The position numbers and the translations under genes were made by a program. A stretch of DNA of 64,000 nucleotides from Felis catus (Eukaryota): the NCBI RefSeq assembly GCF_018350175.1, contig NC_058372.1, positions 39,866,001 through 39,930,000 of the forward strand, written 5' to 3'. Below the pieces are notes generated by a model, which saw only the letters and a list, made by a program, of their open reading frames with translations, was not told the DNA's origin and searched no databases. Positions 33,811 through 46,300 of the stretch are shown piece by piece. Positions within the stretch are counted from its first letter, which is position 1; the number at the start of each line of letters is the position of its first letter.

Positions 33811-35377
33811 TGACTGGGGCATGTGAATGGGGGGCAATGTGGGCTAAGTCAGGGTCTATTTAGGGTTACTGGAGCGGGGAGGGGGGGCTGGGGAATAGGA
33901 GAAACCTTGAAAAGGCTGCAGATTAGCCGAGTGTGAGACCCTTGGATCCAGCGGCCTTGGTGAGCTTGGGAGCCTAGTGTGTGACTGTGTTCGTACGAGG
34001 CAGCACTGAGGCTGCAGGTGCCCTTGTGTGGGACGCCTGGGGGAGAGCAAGGGGCTAACTTCAGCTGAAAGATAACTTCAGAGCCTCCCACTCTGGCTTC
34101 AGCTTCCCTCTTCCCTACATGTCGCAAGTGCAATCATAGAAGATCTCCTAAACCTGGCTCACGTTGTGTGCAGACCCCCTCATGCCAAAGGCCTTTCGAA
34201 CCACTGTCCAGGAGCCCCTGACTGGCCCAGTCACAGAGCGTGGGACTCTGTATCTTAGGGTCGTGAGGTCAGGCCCCACGTTGGGGATGGAGATGACTTA
34301 TTAAAAAAAAATGCTGCCCATCCCATTTGTTAGTGGGTGGTGAAGTCAGGCGGGTAGATCCTGATGAGGGTTCTTTTTGGAATGCAACTGACCAGTCAGT
34401 TCTGTAGCATAGTGCAGCTATGCGGGACTTTATGCGTGTGTGTGTGCGTGTGTGTGTGTGTGTGTGCGTGCTTGTGCATCCTGGCTCGTGAGGCAAAATG
34501 CTGAAAAGACCCACACTCACACTGTCCGGGTGCACACGCACAAACATACCTCCCGGGGAGGCATGCGCTTGCACGGAGGTGCTCACATCCAGCCTCGGGC
34601 TGCACGCGAGCCCCTGCTCCCCACAGAGGCAGCTGCGTTTCCATGTGCGCAGACCCACCTCCCTCGGAACAGGGCAGGAAGGAAGAGCTCCCTGTTATCC
34701 TCCTCCTGGCCATCCACCACCCCCACCCCACGCCTCCCTTCCTTCCCCCCACTTCCTCTCTTCCTCCATACCATCCTGCCCTTTCCTCTTCCGCCCCTCC
34801 CTCCCTGCCCGCCCCCCCTCCCCACTGGGGCCGTCCCCCCTCAGCCCTTGCTGAACAACAGCCAGGCAGCCCAAGACCACCTCTCAGCCCAGCTGAGATC
34901 CAGGAAAGGTCCTATATGTGACTGTATTCCCCAAGGCAGAAATGAGAACAAGTGGCCTGACTTGAACACGGACGTTTGACATCGGGCCAGTCCCAACTGC
35001 CCTGTTCATGCGGTCACCCTGTGGGTGTGCATGGCCTCGGTTTCTCCCCCCAAAGAGAGTGGCCCACCTTGGCAGTGGGGCTGGGAACTTCCAGAGTCTC
35101 CCTCTGGTTCTTGACTGGTCTCCCCTTTAAGCTTCCAGGCCCATCCAGAGGGGTTAGGAACCCATGCTCCTGTGCCCATGTCCTCCTGAGACCCTGCGGG
35201 GAGGGGGCAGTGAGGAGCTGAGCAGGTAAGACCGGCTTCAAGGAGGGGTTGTTTGGACCCCGCTAGACTTAGCCACACATGGGTCTCCTTGCGTGAGTGC
35301 TTGGGTTTGGGGATTAGGAGGCAGGGAGTGGGGGAGTCCTATGTGGCAGGCTTGGGCATATCAAAGGCCAGGGAATC

Positions 35378-35590
35378 TTTTTTTTTTTTTTTTAATTTTT
35401 AAATGTTTATTTTTGAGAGAGACAGAGAGAGCATGCACACATGGGAATGGCAGAGAGAGGAGACAGCGGATCCGAAGCAGGATCCATGCTGTCAGCACAG
35501 AGCCCCATGTGGGGCTCGAACTCACGGAACCACAAAATCATGACCTGAGCCGAAGTGGAACGCTCAACCGACTGAGTCACCCAGGTGCCC
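35378..35590 (-). mobile_element. Carnivore SINE
   Basis: Flanked by AAAGGCCAGGGAATCT on both sides. Confidence 0.9.
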
Positions 35591-37186
35591 CGAAAGGCCA
35601 GGGAATCTAATCAGAGAATAAGGAATGAGAACTGGAGACCGTTCCAAAAGTTCCAAACCAAACACTGATAATAGATCCAGGAAGTTCCATGTCTGGAGCT
35701 GGGACTGTGGTCCCTGCCCAGATCCTGGTCAATCTAATTCAGCTTCTGGAGAGGCCGGTCTGTGAGTGACAGTGCACAGCCTGCTAGGGCATTCCCTCTA
35801 CTCGGGGCTCCTTGTGTGGACCATCTGGGCAAGGCGGGGGTTGGGACCCAGGACAGGGAACTGGGGACAGGAAACCTCGGTAAGGACCTCCTTCAGCGGG
35901 TGTGGACACCTTTCCCCAACACTTTGACACCTGGAGTCTTGGCTTCCCAGGACCACTACACGGGGAAACCAAGACCTGGAGCAGGAAGGGGGACCCAAAG
36001 CCCCAGGGATTCCTCATGCACTTCATGATGGGGGGAGAGGAAGGATCCAGAAGCCTTTGATACTCCCCAAAAGTACTTCTATTGCTTTTTTGACTGACCA
36101 TCCCCTTTTCCAGGTTCTGAGGAGGTCTGGTAAGGGTCTGGCTGAACTTCCCCTAAATCCTCCTCATTCTTCATGGTCTGCCTTCTTCAGCAAGCTTTCC
36201 TCCATCACTGGCTAATGCTGTGACACCCATAACAGAGCTAAGCTTGGCTCTATGCCAAGCACCCATTGAGGGATTTATGTGCGTTTTCCCACCTAACACA
36301 CAACACTGTGTTATTAATTTCCCTTAATAGATGAGGACACAGGTTCAGAGAGGGAGAGCGATCCGCCCAAGCTCACGCAGCTATCAAATGGCAGAGGCAC
36401 GCATCCCACATACTCCTGTTTGCATGAGCTTCACTCCTCCCCCTGCAAGATTTGGAGAGTCAGGGCTTTGTCAGGACTCAGCCCACACAACCCAGATTCC
36501 GAATCCTGGACCCATGGCGGCCAGTGTTCTGTTGAGAAATCAAGACCACTAGACTTATGTGATTGTGCATTGTGACCCCCCCCCTGCCCCACCCCCAACC
36601 CTGATATATCAATACATTGATATATTCCTCAGGCCCCTTAGTCCCAGGGGGAATGGAGCTCTATAGGAAGGAGGCCAGAACCATCGTATTAGGCTAGAGA
36701 GGCAAAGACCCTCAGAGAACACCTGAAACTCTTTCCCACCCCTACCCAGCCCTATGCCCAACGCCCTCCGCTCCTCCATCCAGGTTCCCATTTCCTTCTA
36801 AGCCCTTCCCAGATTTGGCTGCCCAACTCTCCCCAGCACCCAGGCCAAATTCTGGGTGCACTGCATTTCATTCCTTTCTCCCGAGAGTCACAGTCCCCAA
36901 GTACCCTTCTCCTTGCCCCCACACCATGTCCCGGCCACACTTCTTCTGGGGCCCTCTCGCCCAGAGGGGAAGCGAGCCAGGGTAAAAAGGGCAGGTGGAG
37001 GGAGGCCACAGAATGAGACCCCCAAGGGACCATGCCTCCCTAGCTGAAGGGGCAGCCCACAGGGAGAAGAGATGGGGGAGGAAACACCCCCATCAATCAG
37101 TAGGCCCCCAGTGGGGTTAAGGGGCACCCCACACTGCTCATTAACTGTCATTATGTTAATGATCCCGTAAGAATGAGCCTAATGAA

Positions 37187-37392
37187 GGGCGCCTGGGTGG
37201 CTCAGTCGGTTAAGTGTCCGACTTCGGCTCAGGTCATGATCTCACAGTTTGTGAGCTTGAGCCCCGTGTCGGGCTCTGTGCTGACAGCTTAGAGCCTGGA
37301 GCCTGTTTCCAATTCTGTGTCTCCCTCTCTCTCTGCTCCTCCCCTGCTCATGCTCTGTCTCTCTCTCTCCTTCAAAAAAAAAATAATAATAA
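37187..37392 (+). mobile_element. Felid SINE
   Basis: TSD AGAATGAGCCTAATGA on both sides. Confidence 0.9.
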
Positions 37393-38859
37393 ACAGAATG
37401 AGCCTAATGACAACCTCCACCTGCAGCATGAGCCAATACTCTCACACGCCTGACCTCCCCAGCCCCTCTCCATAGGCCTCCACAGGGCTGTAGGTTAGCA
37501 ATATCCATCTCTGGAGAAACTGGGCCCAGAGAGGCCAAGAGAGGGGTTCACCCAGTGAACAAGGCAAGTGGCAGGGAAGCTTCTGGAAGAGTTAGGCTGA
37601 GGGCCCCAAGTGCCGCAGCAAAACTCATGATCCGTGGCCCACGGAGAAGCCCCTCCCAGACCTTCCTTTCTGACGCTCCCAGTCCCCATCTCTGGTCTCC
37701 TGTCATTTCCATGTTCATGGCAAAAACTAGTGCCTCTAAACTCCAGGACAGACCCAGCTACCAACAAGAAATGTCACCTGAATGCATGGACGGTTTGGAC
37801 TTTGAAGTAACAAGCCAAAGACTCTAATATCAGATGGCGGTTGAGGGCGAGGAGCACTGTAGGTGCTCACATGGAAAGACCTGATGGTTTCAGACCACAT
37901 CTGTGGTCTCAAGAGGCAGAAGGGCCAGTAAAAGGAGGGCTAACGTGGGTCGCATTCACAGAAGTATAATGTCTAGAACAAGGAAGGTGTTGAGTCAAGG
38001 GGAAGGGGAGGGTCAAGCCTGGGTAACGCGCTCAGTTCTGGGCTGAACTAGATCACAGAGCGGGTGAACAGAGGGGTGGATACGTCTCTGGTTATGCCAG
38101 AAAGAACCACGTCCTGGTGAAAACACCTGCCATTTACTGAGCACTTATTATGGGGCAGCCACCATGGTTCATGCTGGGCAGACAACTCTCTTATTTGGTC
38201 CTCACGGTTTCGGGAGGGAGGGACTGTTATTGTTTCTATGTCACAGGTGAGGAAACTGAAGCCCAAAGGGGTCCAGTTGTAAGTGGTGACACCGAGTGCT
38301 GAAGTTCAGCACCCTTGGCAGAGAGACTAGATAGCCATGTGTGGATCCGTGAGGAGAATTAGGCCCCAGTGAGAGGCATTTAGGGACATCATAAGACCGA
38401 CTGCGTGGAGGCCTTTAGAGATAGCCATCTCCCCCTCCGGGGAAGCATGTGAGCAAAACCCTGATCGGCATCTCCAAGAGTCCTGTCTAAAGGATCCCTA
38501 AGAGTCTAATGGCTCTTAGCTCAGCTGAGCTACGAGATTCTATCCTGGACTCTGATTCTGCAAGTACAGAGCCCTTGGGGCCCCACACAGGCCCTCCACC
38601 CCTGCTATAGCTCTCTCTTCGCTTCAGTCTCCTTTCTGGAGTCCCAGGGATCCCTCATTATAAACCCCCTCCCCCGGTGAGGATGACTCCCCTTTAAGGT
38701 GTTGGCCACAGAGCACCCCAGAGCTCAGAGGAGCCCTGGCCTAATTAAAGCAAGCCTTCTGCGAAGCTGAGATGTGTGTCAGGAGAGGGCAGAGGGTTCC
38801 CAAACACCCATCTCCAGAGCGGGAGTCATCCCAAGGCATTGAAGGAGTAAAGGGGGCAG

Positions 38860-38902
38860 ACCGTGGCCATCAATAGACAAATGGATACGGAAAATGTGGT
38901 GT

Positions 38903-38944
<42 letters not shown>

Positions 38945-39190
38945 CCCGGAATATTACACAGCCATGAAAAGGATCCAATCATGCCATTTGTGACAACGTG
39001 GATGGACCTAAAGGGGTGTAATGCCAAGTGAAATAAGTCAGACTAAGAAAGACAAATACCGTATGAGTTCACTCGTTAAGTGGAACCTGAGAAAAGATGA
39101 AGAAGCAAAAAGTAGAATCAGAGTTACGAATACAGAGAACAAATCGATGGTTGCCAGGGGGGAGGGCTGGGGGGTTGGGCAGGTGGGAGA
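38860..39190 (+). mobile_element. L1 3' end fragment containing a (CA)n run
   Basis: AAATGGATA..AAAATGTGGTGTATA..GCCATTTGTGACAACGTGGATGGACCT..AAGTGAAATAAGTCAGAC. Confidence 0.85.
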
Positions 39191-40156
39191 ATGGAAAGAC
39201 ACACGTCTGGCATGCAGCCCCAGCTCAAGCCACTAATTACCTTCATGGCCTGAAGCAAGTCCCTTTGCCTCTTGGCCTGTTTCCTCCTCTGCACAGTGGC
39301 GATAACGAGCCTGCCCGGCGAGCCTGAAGAGATAAATGGTCTATAGGGGCCTATGGAAAGCCGACTGTGTTTATACCATTAGACAGCGCTGTTATTACCC
39401 AGGGGTGGGCTTGGGGAGGGCCCCTCCTGGTCTGACCTGAAATGTCACTCCTGGACAGGATGCTGGCTCCAGTCCTTTCCTCAGGGCAGCCCAGGGGGTG
39501 GGTAGGGCCTGTTTCTAAAGAAGAGAACTGAGCACTCAGCAAACATTCACTGATGTTGGTGATGATCTCTGAAATGATTCCATCAGGATGCCACGCCCCG
39601 CCATCAGCAGGGCGCACGCTCCGACACGGGAGCAGTGGTCGGCCTCCCGGGCCCCACTCCCACCCTCCGCTTTCCGCCTGGAAAGCCGTCCACTCACACC
39701 CCACCCACCCGCCAGAGGAAAATTCCTGCGGCTGATCTCGTGGGTCAGAGGCAATGACCTGGGGAGGGGAGCAGGAAGGCTGGCAGCCACCATGGGCCGG
39801 GAACCAATTCCTGGGCTGAGTCTTCTGGACCCCCAGGCTCCACAAATACGCACGCTGGAGGCTATTTTGACTTAATCTGGGGTGACCCCAGAGAAGGAAG
39901 CTAACTGTCCCTTGCACTGTTCGGCACAGGAGCAGCGGTAGGCCTGAGGTCTCGGGGACTGAAGAGCTGTGACTTCCAGTAGATTTTCCCTCTGGAGCAG
40001 CTGGGTTGTTAACACAGCTGGCCCCGCTCTGTCTACTTTCCACACTGGTGCCGTGGTCATCTCATTGGCCACTTCTCACAACTAGCTCTGTGTTTTCCAG
40101 GTACAAAAACTGAGACCCACCGGGGGCAACCAGTTGCTCAAGAGAGCAGAGATAAT

Positions 40157-40376
40157 AGGGGCCACTGGGTGGTTCAGTCCGTTTAAGCATCTGACTTCGG
40201 CTCGGGCCACGATCTCACGGTTTGTGGGTTGGAGCCCCACGTCGGGCTCGGTGCTGACAGCTCAGAGCCTGGAGCCTGCTTCGGATTCTGGGTCTCCCTC
40301 GCTCTCTGCCCCTCCCCCGCTTGCAGTCTGTCTCTCTCTAAAACATTAAAAATAATAATGAATAATAAGATAAAAA
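40157..40376 (+). mobile_element. Felid SINE
   Basis: TSD AAGAGAGCAGAGATAA on both sides. Confidence 0.88.
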
Positions 40377-42405
40377 AAGAGAGCAGAGATAACAGCCAAG
40401 TCAGAACCAGAACCCGGTCTCTTGACTCAAGCATGGCTCCCCCACAACGGTGGGGCCTGAACGGACCCATGAGTCACTGGCATGGCCGGGCCCCTCATCC
40501 TGTCCTGGCACGGTGATACCTGCCCCCTATCTTGGCTCTCCTGTTGGGAGAGACCACCACTTCTGACTATGGGCACCAAACGGAGGAGCAGGACCAGTGT
40601 AGGACACTGGAGAGGACATGGAGAAAGCAGGATGGAGCCCCGGCGGTGGGGGGGGGGGGGGGGCGCTGCGGAAAGGATGCCACCCCGTAGTGCACCGTGG
40701 AAACAGCGCAACAAACTTGGCCTCAGCAGTCCTCCCTCTGGCCCAGAGATCAGAAGAAGGTAGAGGGAAGGGTCTGGGGTCAGCTCTGGGGTAGCACCAG
40801 CTGTACCCCTGGACCCTGCCGGGCCCCAGGCGCAGGGACTCTCTCACATCCTGTTGTGGCCAGTTCTCCATTTGCCCATTGCGCTGACAGGAGAGTGACA
40901 TCCAAGGGCGGAGAAGTCTGGAAGCTAGTCAGTTCAATCCGCACCCAGGGGAGAGGGCGGTCCCGGAATTGAAGTCTGGACGGTGCCATTCTGGACGGCA
41001 GGAGGAGAGGGAACTGGGCAGGCCCTACCCTGGCCGGTCTCCTTGGTAAGGGGGATCGGTCTGCTGGCTCCACAGGGCAGGGAGCTGGGGCACAAGCAGT
41101 GACCAGAGACAAGAAGGCGTGTCCCTAAGTCCTGGGCAAACCCTGCTCCCACTCCTCCCCCAGGCCCTGAGTGGCTTATCGCAGACGCTGGATCTCCTTC
41201 AGATTAACCATTCAGGGGTCTGAGCTAGAAACGGAGTCTTGGAGGCTGGGAGGCCAGTGAGAGGAGGAGGAAGGGGCAGCCTCAGGACAAGGAAGCTCCT
41301 GCAATACTGAACCAGGCAGGGGCTTGTGCAGACCCCGGGCTCCAGGCAGGTGCTCAGATGTGGTAGCTCTGCCAGGGCCCCACCCCTGTGGTAGGGAAGA
41401 AGCACCTCAAAGAGTCCATTCCCGGGGAGCAGCTCTCTGGGAAGTATGATTAGTCACACATGACAACTGTTTTTCACGTTTGCTATTTCTGGGCTTTTAG
41501 TAAAGTCCTGTTTAAAGGCTCTAGCCTTGATCTAACCATGCTGCGGGTGCCAAGGGGGATCCAGGGTCCACCTCTGGGCCAGGGTGTTAAGAGGAGAGCA
41601 GTACTCCCCTGGGACTTGCCTGGTGGCAGAAGGGACATCGGTGAGGGGTCCTAGACCTGGTGTAGCCCCACCCCCACGAAATTCTCTCCCCCGCCCCTGC
41701 CAACTTGGGAGGGTCAGGGTGTTCCCATTAGGGCAGTTTTCCTTCCAGATCCCCTTTGTGCATCCAGGACTCCAGCTGTCCTGTCGCTTTCCTTTGCCAG
41801 CACGTCCGTCCCTGGCAACTTTAGGTTCTGGGCCAGGGCTTCTCAGAGGGGAGAAAGAAACGGTCACAGATGTGTCATAAAAACCCTACCCACCCCCAAA
41901 TTGCCCAGAATGAAGCCCCTCCCTCTGTAAGCCCTCCCCTGCTGCCACCTAGAACCATGCCAGAAGAGATTCCCTAAGAATGCGACATCATTCACCAAGC
42001 CAGAATTTAAAAATAATTATATTAATAATAAATATGTTAAATTACATTTAAAACAATAAATAGAAAAATAAACTGATAAATAAAATCAACAGGTACAAAA
42101 TGTTTCCAAATTTCAACTAAAGAAAACACACAGACGACAGACAAGACAAATGGACATAACGGGAGGGCACTAAATGCATCACAGGAACCCTTCACAGTTT
42201 ACGTCACAGCTCCCTCCTCGCCTGGTCACCCTTCTTCTCCCCAACTTGGAGACCAGGAGACTCAGTGGCTGATATCTTTGGGGACCCCAGCCAGCGCAGG
42301 GAAGCATCTGGTTCCACCTCAATGCCCTTCTGCAAAGCAACCTTGAACCCCAGGGTGTGGGTTCAGGGGACAGGAGCGTGAGGCGGAGCGTGAGGAAGGA
42401 AGTCC

Positions 42406-43320
42406 CTACAGAGGCAAGTCGGTGCTGTTGTGCCGGGTTTTCCTGGCAGTGCCATCGTCTCGGGGCAGCGCCCTCTGCAGGTTGGACATGGCCACGGTCT
42501 TTTTGAGGTCAATCACGGCGTAGGAGTCTGAGCTGCGGGCAGGGTGGGTGGTGGGCACAGGGGCTCGGGGGACCGAGGGGTTCTGGGGCCCCTTGGGGCG
42601 GTCTCCACCCCAGCCTTTCAGCTCCACCTGGATGTAGTTGAGCTGCCTGGGGGGCTCGGGGCCCGGCCGGCGGAAATCGAAGTTGAAGACCCTCGGGGAG
42701 CCTCGGCGGCGGGTCAGCGGCACAGGGAAGCTGCCATGGCTACGGAGGGCAGCCCGGGTGCTGGTGGGCTTCTGCAGCGGGGTCTCATCCTCCTCGCCAT
42801 CAGGGAAGCCATTGGAGGAGGGAGTGAGCCCGTCCCTCGAGTCTCCGTCATCCCCAGCCTCCTCCCCCAGCTGCTGGGCGTGGCTCTCCCACACAGGGGG
42901 CAGGGAGGGCAGGTTCTCATAGTGCAGCAGGGCCGCCCGGCGGTGGGCAAGGCCATTCCAGCCTGGCTCCTCCGTGCTCAGTCTCCAGCCAGCCCCTGGC
43001 CGCAGCCCCGCACTGACGTTCTCATAGGTGCACTTGGGCTGGGCAGTGCACTCGGAAGGGCCCTCGTTGTTGTTGTTGTGGGGCGGGGGGTCATGCAGGC
43101 TGGGGCAGAGGCCCTGGCACTTCATCATGTGCCGCCGAGCAGGGGTTGGGCCCAACACAAACTTCACCTGGCCCGGCTGCAGGAACACCTGGGGGTCCCG
43201 TGGGTCAGGGCCCCGGGCCTGCGGGGGGAAGGGCACCTGGCCCTCAGGCAGGGGCTGCAGGCAATGCCGGTTCCTGCGGTGGTCATCCTCACCGGCTGGC
43301 GTGTTGACATAGGTGTGGGA
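42406..43320 (-). CDS. FRS3: FRS3 last coding exon
   Basis: SHTYVNTP...STDLPL*, 915 nt. Confidence 0.95.
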   Translation of the reverse strand, partial: SHTYVNTPAGEDDHRRNRHCLQPLPEGQVPFPPQARGPDPRDPQVFLQPGQVKFVLGPTPARRHMMKCQGLCPSLHDPPPHNNNNEGPSECTAQPKCTYENVSAGLRPGAGWRLSTEEPGWNGLAHRRAALLHYENLPSLPPVWESHAQQLGEEAGDDGDSRDGLTPSSNGFPDGEEDETPLQKPTSTRAALRSHGSFPVPLTRRRGSPRVFNFDFRRPGPEPPRQLNYIQVELKGWGGDRPKGPQNPSVPRAPVPTTHPARSSDSYAVIDLKKTVAMSNLQRALPRDDGTARKTRHNSTDLPL

Positions 43321-46300
43321 CTGGGGGAAAGAGTCCAGGGGAAGCAGGTAGGCCCGAGGGCAGGGAAGGAGGAGAGAACAGAAGGGAACGGATAAGAGAG
43401 GCATAGGGGAAAAGTGCTGGAGTTTCCCCCTCTTCCTTGTCCTCCACACCTCCCAGGGAAGCTGCATCCCTTTCTGGGACAGTAAGGGACCCTATCAACG
43501 TTCCTCCCCTCCCGTGATCCTTACGAGGCGCCCTGTTTCCCAGTCCCCCATCCCCACCCAGACCGACGGGGAGGAGCAGGGCAGCTGCTTGCTCACCTGC
43601 TCATCAGGGGCAATGAGGGCATGAGTGGACTCTTCCCCAAGCGAGGGGTGTCGCAGGCTGCTCGTCGAGGGGCGCCGGGGTGCTGAGAATCTCGGGCCCT
43701 CCCCTGGGCAGCCAAGGAAGCCATTGGAGAAGCTGGAGACAGTGTAGCCTAGAGCTGGGCACACAGGAGACAAGCCCAGGTCAGCAGTGGTGGGGGGGGA
43801 GGTACTTCAACCACCTGCCACTGCATGTGTGGTGTCCTGGGAGTCCTCCAACGGGAGGGGACACGCTCCCAGGGCCCCCAGATGGTTAGCTCTACTGAAC
43901 CAGCAGCCCCTGTTATCTTTCACCTCTCGGTGGTTCAAACCCTGCCCCTTCCCTCAAAGCTCAGTGTGAGCCCCATTTCCCCCATTACAGCCTTATCTGA
44001 AACACTTAAGGCCACCTTGTCATCACTGTCCCTTCATCTCATTCTAGCTCTGCCAGTGAGCTTCAGGGAAGCTCCCAGACACCAGGGGCCGCGTTTCTAT
44101 TTCTTCTGCGCACTGCCCCCACCCCCCACCCCCGCACCGTCCCCAGCTCCCTACCATGGGCCAGTTCATGGAGAGCAAAATATGCAGCAGGGGCTCAGTG
44201 TGGACTCAGTGAATAAATAAGTAGAAGCTGAGGGAACCTCTCCAGAAATCAGTCATGGGCAAAGATGCCTGAACCAAGCTGGGTATGACCCAGTAGATGG
44301 AAGGAAGCAAAATAGCTCCAGACTGCTGTTTCCATGGAAACCCAACGTCTCCCCGTCTGCTTCCCAGACCATCAGTCAATACAAGGCCCAGGACTCCCCA
44401 GCGTCAGCATGAGTCACCTGACTGGCCCAGACGGGGACTTGTTCATCCCCAAGAGTCATCTGATGGTGGGCAACTGTCCTGGAAGCATGGATCACCCAGC
44501 CATCCCACCTGCCTGCCTGACTCGTGCCTCCAAGACCGGCACTGCCTGGGCCTGTGCTTGTGCGTACAGATGTGGAGGCTGAGGTGCCAAGGACGGGGTC
44601 TCCTCACCATTGGGAGGCTGGGGGGCCCGAGGGAGGTCGAGCTCAGTCGGGTGACTGTTGCGGGTGATGATGACTGGCTCTTCCATCACATTGATGCTAT
44701 TGCACTGCATCAGATCCTGAAGCAGGTTGAAGATCTCCTCGGCCCGGGAGCACTTGAACGCGAATATCCCTGAAGAAGGAGAGGAAGAAGTGAGGCCCCT
44801 CTGACCGTGTACCAGTAGAAAAGGACCAGAGAGGTTGAACGGATGCACAAAGCTCAGGAAAATGTCCCTGAACGCCGGTCCCAGGCCTGCAGGGGACGGG
44901 AAGTGCCCTCCTCATCCTGAGCACACTCTAAAATCCAAGAGTTCTGGGAGGAGTTGGGCCCCAGGCCCCTTCCTGTCCCCCCCCCCACTATCCATTACCA
45001 CTGTCTAGAGATCTAATACCTCACCTATACTCCCCCACGGTTAAATCGTGTTCACAAGGATGTGTGTGAACACGGGTGAGGGGAAGAGAAGTAAACACCA
45101 AAGCAGAAAAGGATGGCAGCTGCCCCTTATCCACGGCTTTGCTTTCTGCAGTTTCTGTCACCCGCAGTCAACCAGGGTCCAGAGGCACATGAGCCTCCTT
45201 CTGACAGACTGTCAGAATGTCAGTAGCAGCCTCACGCCAGGTCACAGCGCCTGCATCACTCCCCTCACCTCCTCCCACCTCGCGGGCATGTTATCATCTC
45301 GCCTCGCTCGTCACAAGGGTGAGGGCGCTACCGTAAGGCATGTTGAGAGAGACCACGCTCACCTAGCTCTTCCTACAGTACGTTGTTATAACTGCTTTGC
45401 CTTATTACTAGTAACAGTTGTTCATCTCTTACTGCGCCTCATTTATACATGAGACCTTATCACGGGCACGTATGTGTAAGGGAATGCATGGTGAATACAG
45501 GGTTCAGTACTATCTGTGATTTCAAGCACGCACTGGGGCTGTGCCCTGAAGATAAGGGGTAAGAGGCTGGACTGTGTTAGATGACACTTCACATGCTGCC
45601 CCTGTCTCCCTCTGCCTATCACTCCCCAGAAAAAGGAGCTCTACCCAGGGCACCAAGCCTCGGCTCCAGTCCAACCACCTCCAAGCTCCACGAGGGCAGG
45701 AGAGCTGTCCTGTTCGTTGCCTGTTCCCTGGGTACTTAGCCACTGCCTAGCCGGAGAGGGAATGTCTACTCTGGATGGGCCCCTGGCCTCATGGAACTTA
45801 ATCTCTGGTGCTGGAAGGACGGAAGGACGAGCAGACTCGCTCTAGGACACACATGGCAAGGCCATCTTGTGTCTCCTCAATGCAGCTGTCCTGACGGCCC
45901 CTCAGATTCCAATGCATCAGCTCACAGTCCCAGGGACGGCAGGCCTGGGCTGAGTACCCGTGACTCAAGGGCTCCAAAGATGTCCCTGGGGTGCTGGGCC
46001 AGCCTGGAATTCTACACACCCCATCCTGGCAACAGCAGGGTCCAGGGCTCAGGGGAGGCTACTTGGGGTGTGTGTGAGCACCACAACCAGGCTGGGGTAT
46101 GGGACAACTGAGGTTTGCAGGGATGGGATGGACAGCAAGGGGAGGGGGATGGGGAAGGAAAAGGACCTTTCTGGCAAGACATGTTAGGGGCTACAAAAGG
46201 CTGGGAAAGCCTGGAGTTTTAGGAGAACCCGGTGTGGGGGCCTAGGGCGACCCCTCTGGGATCCCAACTGCTGCTTAAATACCACGAGGAGGAGAAGCCC

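Noticed and set aside
33400-41900. Possible hidden gene or second pepsinogen copy between PGC and FRS3 (e.g. 230-aa ORF 39351-40043, TATA-like TATAAA near 38659)
   Set aside because: No pepsin motifs, recognisable domain or coherent exon chain found; enhancers or lncRNA cannot be judged from sequence alone.
42544-43395. 283-aa plus-strand ORF
   Set aside because: Antisense shadow of the FRS3 last exon.
43700-43730. Three extra residues (FLG) in FRS3 exon 4 relative to recalled human sequence
   Set aside because: In-frame, in a disordered region, and I recall a similar stretch in mouse, so probably ancestral.
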